Below, piece after piece: positions 58,795-64,000 of a DNA stretch of 64,000 nt. How positions within the stretch are numbered: the first letter of the stretch is position 1; each line of letters starts with the position of its first letter. This DNA is from Basidiobolus meristosporus CBS 931.73 (Eukaryota > Fungi > Basidiobolomycota). The notes under the pieces are model-generated. The model searched no databases. It saw only the letters and a program-made list of their open reading frames with translations, and was not told the origin of the DNA. The position numbers and the translations under genes were made by a program. The stretch lies in contig MCFE01000466.1 of the NCBI GenBank assembly GCA_002104905.1, forward strand, positions 6,334 to 70,333, in the 5' to 3' direction.

Positions 58795-60036
58795 TCAACT
58801 GGACAGCTTCTCCAGCAGCCAGTCAAATGTCACCTGTGCCAACCGTGATCCCGCACCAATATGACAATGCAAGCTGCCTCCTTCTTCTTGTGTTATCGTG
58901 ATGAGATCTTTTTCACACTGCAACTTCTTATAGATCTCTTCCGGCTGACCCTTAAGGAAGTGGTCATCCGGGGCATCCAGGACAAGCGTCGGGGTCTTGA
59001 CCTGGTCTATTATGGCCTCCATTGTGTACTTCTGTGCCCGACGAATCGCCTCCACTTCCGAATCTACTCCAAACACCCATTTCGCGTTGGACAAAGCCCA
59101 CTTGGTCCCTGTATTTTCCTGTTGCATTTTGCGAATAAAAGCGTTGACTTCGTCATCCCACTCATTGCTAATGAGGAAATTCCCGATCTGCGGGCCGCCA
59201 TCCTGGGAGTTATCCATGTCCATGCCCTTGCGAAAAACGCTGCCAAAATCGAACACACCGTCGTTGAGTACGACTGCAGCGAGGCGGTGCTCAAATGCGC
59301 TGGCGCGAGCAGCAAGGTACCCACCCATACTGATGCCAATTAGGGCAATCTTATTCTTCTTGACGAATGGCTGAGCGAGGCAGTAGTCAACGACGGGGGT
59401 GACAACCTTTTCCCAATCTGGATGGAAGAGGAGCTTTTGGTGACGGACAGCACTTCCTTGGCCCGGGCCATCGAAGGCGAGTACATTCATGCCGAGCTCG
59501 AGGGCGGTGGCGCCAACAGAGTAGCTGACTTCTTCCATGGTCGAATCAAACCCTCCATTGACAATAATGAGTGGTCTAAGAGTGTCGCTGTTGTCTGGAC
59601 GCATCAAGATACCAGGTAGCGTTGTTCCCTCATACGGTATCTTTACCTTCTCCGTCACATGCCGCATCAGCCTCGTCGCCTTGTAAAACATCTCAGAGCT
59701 TAAATCCGCCAACTTGTTGCTTAGGTCATCCGCCCACGGATTATCACGACGATAAAACTCAGCGGTGCGATAATAATTTGATGCGCGAAGAAACGCCTCC
59801 CTTGCGGCGGGGGTGTTGCCCTTGGTAAGACTAGTATTCGCATTTGCCACGGCACGGTCAGCAGCTGTCTGCCATTCGAGTAGCCAGCAGTCTGTGTCAC
59901 CAGCGGGTATGCGTGAGCAAATTTGGATGACTTCGCCAATATCTGCTCCACCACAGTTGGCATACGCGGCTGCGCGAAGGGCCTCGAATCCAAAGGACTC
60001 GTCTTCAGGGAAGAGGAATTTAAGTAGATGCGCCAT
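58795..60036 (-). CDS. Alpha/beta hydrolase, 2,6-dihydropseudooxynicotine hydrolase/FrsA-like (413 aa)
   Basis: FEALRAAAYANCGGADIGEV, FLRASNYYRTAEF, NGGFDST, FDGPGQG, nucleophile GISMGG, C-terminal HCHIG; intronless. Confidence 0.88.
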   Translation of the reverse strand: MAHLLKFLFPEDESFGFEALRAAAYANCGGADIGEVIQICSRIPAGDTDCWLLEWQTAADRAVANANTSLTKGNTPAAREAFLRASNYYRTAEFYRRDNPWADDLSNKLADLSSEMFYKATRLMRHVTEKVKIPYEGTTLPGILMRPDNSDTLRPLIIVNGGFDSTMEEVSYSVGATALELGMNVLAFDGPGQGSAVRHQKLLFHPDWEKVVTPVVDYCLAQPFVKKNKIALIGISMGGYLAARASAFEHRLAAVVLNDGVFDFGSVFRKGMDMDNSQDGGPQIGNFLISNEWDDEVNAFIRKMQQENTGTKWALSNAKWVFGVDSEVEAIRRAQKYTMEAIIDQVKTPTLVLDAPDDHFLKGQPEEIYKKLQCEKDLITITQEEGGSLHCHIGAGSRLAQVTFDWLLEKLSS

Positions 60037-61467
60037 GGTTGAGATGAAATACACTGGAATGCTACCATCGATGGCTTATTTATAGTGCATATGAGAACAC
60101 TTCGCTCACAATATATTTTCTAGGGCTTCACATCTACTGCCATATTTGGCGCATTAAAGTAATCAACGGGTATTCGGCGTCAGCACAGATGCCGGTGGAG
60201 GAAATCGCTTGTTTTTCTTTTCGTATTGCGATTGATCAGAACCCTGCTCAGTCGCAGTTTGGGTTAGGGTTTGATGGCACGCCAGGTAACCAATGCATTG
60301 GACGAGTTTTAAAACACAATCACATGCCAACAAAGCTTCCAAAATAGTAGACATTGAACCAAGTATTATGGGCAATAATGGGCAATAATTGGCAATATCC
60401 CGGGCTTTCGATAAAGGAAAATCGCTGATTGGAGTTGGAATGGACAGATGTGAAAGTACGTGGTTCAGCACATTGTTAAACTTGAGAACGATAAATATTG
60501 CGGACACGTGAAGGAAATAAGGCTGACCATGCGATTTCCAATATACGGAATAATAATGACAAAGTAGTTGGTGAGGATGGTCGATCCATCCTGTGAAAGC
60601 ACATCTCCTTTGATATCCTATAATATCACATTGTTTGTTACCACTGTTGGTGGTTCAGTCAATGATGGTGTCGATTCATTATAAAGGCTTGGGTCAAGTA
60701 CACTGTTTTACAGGTGGTGCATACTCTTAGCTTACCAAATAATGCGAAGACACACTTTCATTGAATTATCACCAATTCCACTATTGGTATAGCGGCGTGA
60801 AATGTGTGTAATGGGCTGAAGTTGAACTCCAACATGGCTCACTATATATGGATAAGTGGGTTTCGTAATGCTAGCAATGAACAGAGTGGTGATCATTCAA
60901 GAAAGTAGGTGTGTTCCTGATGCCTGAGAGATCAAGCCATTGGGAGGTGCGTTACCCACAGATGAAGCAAGCATTCGCTAACCTAATAAAGAAGCCGTAA
61001 TATATAGCATGATATATAACAACATGTATCTATTATGTCATTCTTCTAGCCTCCAGAGCACTTCCAATACTCCCTAGAGTATTGCAATATCTATGTCCAT
61101 CGACTTTCTACAAGCTTATACTTTCACCTTCCAGCTCAATGTTATGCAAATTTGAAGGTATGCTAATGAGGTATGCACATAACTAGTCTTATTCAATCGC
61201 TGAAAACACTGCTGATTAAACACCTCAGAATTCACTCTTGATAAAAACACACAAGTTACTTGACATGTCTTGAGCACTACTTTGGGAAGCTTATCCTACA
61301 TTACCAGAACCCTTTCTTCCAGAACCGTCTCTGTATAAACCTTGTGAAAGATCATAATTAGTTGTTAATATTCACAGTTTCTCAGCTCTCCACATTTGCA
61401 TAAGATTCCATTTAGATATGTCTCTCACTTCTCTGCTTACCCTTGATTCATGACAGCAGGAGAAAAT

Positions 61468-61540
61468 GGCCTTGTAACTCGGCAGAAAGAGTGTCCGCCT
61501 CCAGAGGAGAAAGTTGTGGGCTTCACCCCCACTTGAGTCA
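61468..61540 (+). pseudogene. tRNA-Arg(CCG) pseudogene
   Basis: Paralog of 53907-53979 with ~15 substitutions. The T-loop TTCGA has become CTTCA, the D-loop GG is lost and the anticodon CCG has become CCA. Confidence 0.9.
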
Positions 61541-62056
61541 CTAATATTTTATCTAATGAGATTAGTTGAGAGGTATTTCTGGTACAGTCGAAATCATTTC
61601 AACATCTCTGTTGACATAAGTTATCTACCAGTTTCCTAGTATCTATGGGGATATATTCCAGAGAATATGGTTCCGACTGGCATTATCATTGATTTGAGTC
61701 GAGGAAAAGTATACAACAACCCTTTGTAGTACTACTACGCTACAGTTAAAGCATGCGTCTGGTCCATATACATGGAGGAGGTTTCATTGCTATGGCACAG
61801 CACAGTACATCCCATTATTCCAACTCTCGCCAGTGAGAATGCGGTAGTCCAATGCTGCTACAGTTGGTCAGAAGTGTAGCCCGCTATTTCTTTTTGGTAC
61901 TCTACGGCATTCAACAGGTTTACCATTGTCAGATGCAAAAAATCGCTCATCATGGTCGAAGCTCAAATGTATTGCAGTATTGCGAGTTAGAATTGATACT
62001 GAACAAGTACAAGAGTTTATTGAATGTCTATCTACTTTATACACTGATATAGCCCT

Positions 62057-62785
62057 CTAGAGGCTCGAGAACACCTTGATGGCATCCTCGGCGGTGGATC
62101 TTGCGCTTGCTGGGTTAGCTCCGGTGACAACTCGGCCGTCAGTTTGCGTGAAGTCGGCAAATGGAGTAGGAGGTGCCACGTACTCGGCCCCAACAGCGGC
62201 CGCTCCTTCTTCGATCGTAGCCACATTGGCTGACTTGATAATGTCAAGCAGGCTCAACATCACCTCGCCCTCGGTGGTGAACCCGGTGACCTTCTTGCCA
62301 GCGATGATGGATTTGCCTGTGGTGCTGTCAACGATGCCAGGGAGAATGGCTGGCCCATGGCACACGGCTGAAACAACCCCTCCACGCTTGTATATGTCCT
62401 CGGCAATATGCTGCAGGCCACGAGCCGTAGGGTAATCCCACAGGGTCGCGTGCCCGGCAGAAGCAAAGAATAGGCCATAGTCGGCAGGGTTGAGGTCCGA
62501 CGCCTTGCGAAGCTGTGAGTTCAGTTTGACATTGAAAGGATGCTCTGGATCGTCTAGCACTTTTTGGTCATCCTCGGTGAGAAAGTCTTTCGACAAGGAG
62601 TGCTCGTCCACTCCGTAAGTGCCAGTCTCGGAGGCGAAGTCGACCTCGAACCCGGCCTCGACCAGTGCTTCGTATGGATGCAACGCTTCCGTATAGAAGA
62701 GCCCAGTCTTGCTGCCATTGGCGTAGAAGGGCTCGTTATAGCTGGTGATGGCAAGTAGTGCTCTGCGTGGAAGATTGGCTGGCAT
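62057..62785 (-). CDS. HSP31: Glyoxalase III / Hsp31, copy 3
   Basis: Protein identical to copy 1. Confidence 0.93.
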   Translation of the reverse strand: MPANLPRRALLAITSYNEPFYANGSKTGLFYTEALHPYEALVEAGFEVDFASETGTYGVDEHSLSKDFLTEDDQKVLDDPEHPFNVKLNSQLRKASDLNPADYGLFFASAGHATLWDYPTARGLQHIAEDIYKRGGVVSAVCHGPAILPGIVDSTTGKSIIAGKKVTGFTTEGEVMLSLLDIIKSANVATIEEGAAAVGAEYVAPPTPFADFTQTDGRVVTGANPASARSTAEDAIKVFSSL

Positions 62786-63766
62786 TGTTGTGTTGTGCTG
62801 AATACCTACCTGAACCCATTGTGTCGCTTTTTTTATACCGGATTCTTGCAGTTGGATGACAAATGCTTGGAAATTTCTGGTTAATTTCCCAGATTTTCAC
62901 CTGACACGTAACCCATTTGGCAATCGAGTTATCAATCCATTTATAGTCAGGGATGGTGCTGCTCTGAACGCATGCTGATAATTGGCATAAATAACGGGTA
63001 GCAGTAAGAATAAGTAGCGATTAAACAGACATGAATACGGATGATATGACACTTTTGTGCTAACCATATTAAGTTATCCACATCACTTCAACGGGTATTT
63101 TTATTATTCTAATCGGGAATTATATTCCACCGTAGAATTCAGGGATAGTGAAGCCACTCTAGTGCAGTAATTTATGCTCACTAGACTATATCATTGGCCT
63201 AGTAGAAGAGAAACACAAGCTGGTAAAATGCAAAATACCTGTTGAACCTGAGTGCGAGATACCCAGATCGGGCCAGTATAAAATAAAGTTCTACTCTTTC
63301 GCAACAAATGCTGCATTATTGGTCATCAACATCCATCAAAAGGTATTTCTTCTACGCACTTTCGGGTTTCTAACACTATCGAGCGCTGTTGCTAGGAATT
63401 AAGGCCTAGTGTGATATTACAAGACCCACATTTATTTTCAAGCTCACCACCGTTTAGTATATGATCATTACCATACAGCTTTGGCTTTGGTTTGCACATA
63501 CACTCTTGAGCCTCGCTACACCATATATTTGCGCTAAAATTTTGTCATGAAACCCAAGTCAATCCCGGCATCGTTTTGGTGTACCAAGACCTTCCTTCAT
63601 TTTGAGCGTAGAACCTGCTTTTAGCTCACTTCTTGTTTTACTTGCAGTTATAAATTTCCATCTTTTAGCATTCATGCAGGCGAGATTATGGGCCAACATA
63701 CCTATATGTGTTTCGATCACCTGCACATTCTGGTCAGGTTTAAGAGTGCATCAATGGTTTGCAACT

Positions 63767-63839
63767 GGGGCGTTGGCCTAATGGATAAGGCATCAGACTT
63801 CGGATCTGGGGATTGTGGGTTCGAGTCCCATGCGCCTCG
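63767..63839 (+). tRNA. tRNA-Arg(TCG), second copy
   Basis: Identical to 56205-56277. Confidence 0.95.
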
Positions 63840-64000
63840 TGAATATTTTGTAACCTTCATGAAATACCAGTCCTGCCCTAACGCTCAGCAATAGCTCTGC
63901 GAGTTTGTTTTCACCTCTTTGTTTACTGAGAATGTTTATAGCGATATACATGGTAAAATGATGGATCTCATCGATTCTCTATCAAGAGTGTAGTTCTTGT

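Noticed and set aside
61036-61455. A single 420-bp LTR defined by TGTCAT/ATGACA
   Set aside because: There is no TSD, and the left part looks like a copia LTR end fragment. An alternative start at 61140 (TGTTATG) is equally plausible, so the boundaries are unsupported.
49596-62758. Short ORFs repeated three times around HSP31 (e.g. MMASSAVDL.., MTLSSQPMW.., MPSPAITSP..)
   Set aside because: They are alternative-frame or antisense shadows of the duplicated HSP31 CDS.
51207-63894. ORFs overlapping tRNA genes (51207-51413, 53798-53999, 56126-56332, 57152-57364, 63688-63894)
   Set aside because: Their conservation is explained by the tRNA, LTR or segmental duplication.

Overview
Eukaryotic, fungal-type DNA with GT-AG introns, PCL cyclins, Hsp31 and a vertebrate-like U5 snRNA. 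An early-diverging fungus is my inference; I cannot fix the taxon. The window has three zones. (1) 1-25.6 kb: an almost CpG-free block of nested, dead Ty1/copia elements, solo LTRs of several families, CACTA/tnp2 transposase remnants, a foldback element and a MITE. (2) 25.6-49 kb: a gene-rich region with an unusually GC-rich arrestin-domain gene, three tandem PCL/Pho80-family cyclins (one broken), an unknown ORF, five U5 snRNA genes in three sequence classes (two U5 pairs form a ~940-bp inverted repeat around a Sec7-PH ARF-GEF gene), a CsbD-tailed hydrophilin and GNL1. (3) 49-64 kb: three HSP31/glyoxalase III copies, five tRNA genes plus a tRNA pseudogene, an intronless alpha/beta hydrolase, and solo LTRs lying 9-17 bp upstream of tRNA genes. 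The best leads are tRNA-targeted LTR insertion (including a filled/empty site pair) and the U5 cluster, which has variant isoforms and a shared PSE-like/TATA/3'-box architecture. All alignments were done by eye.
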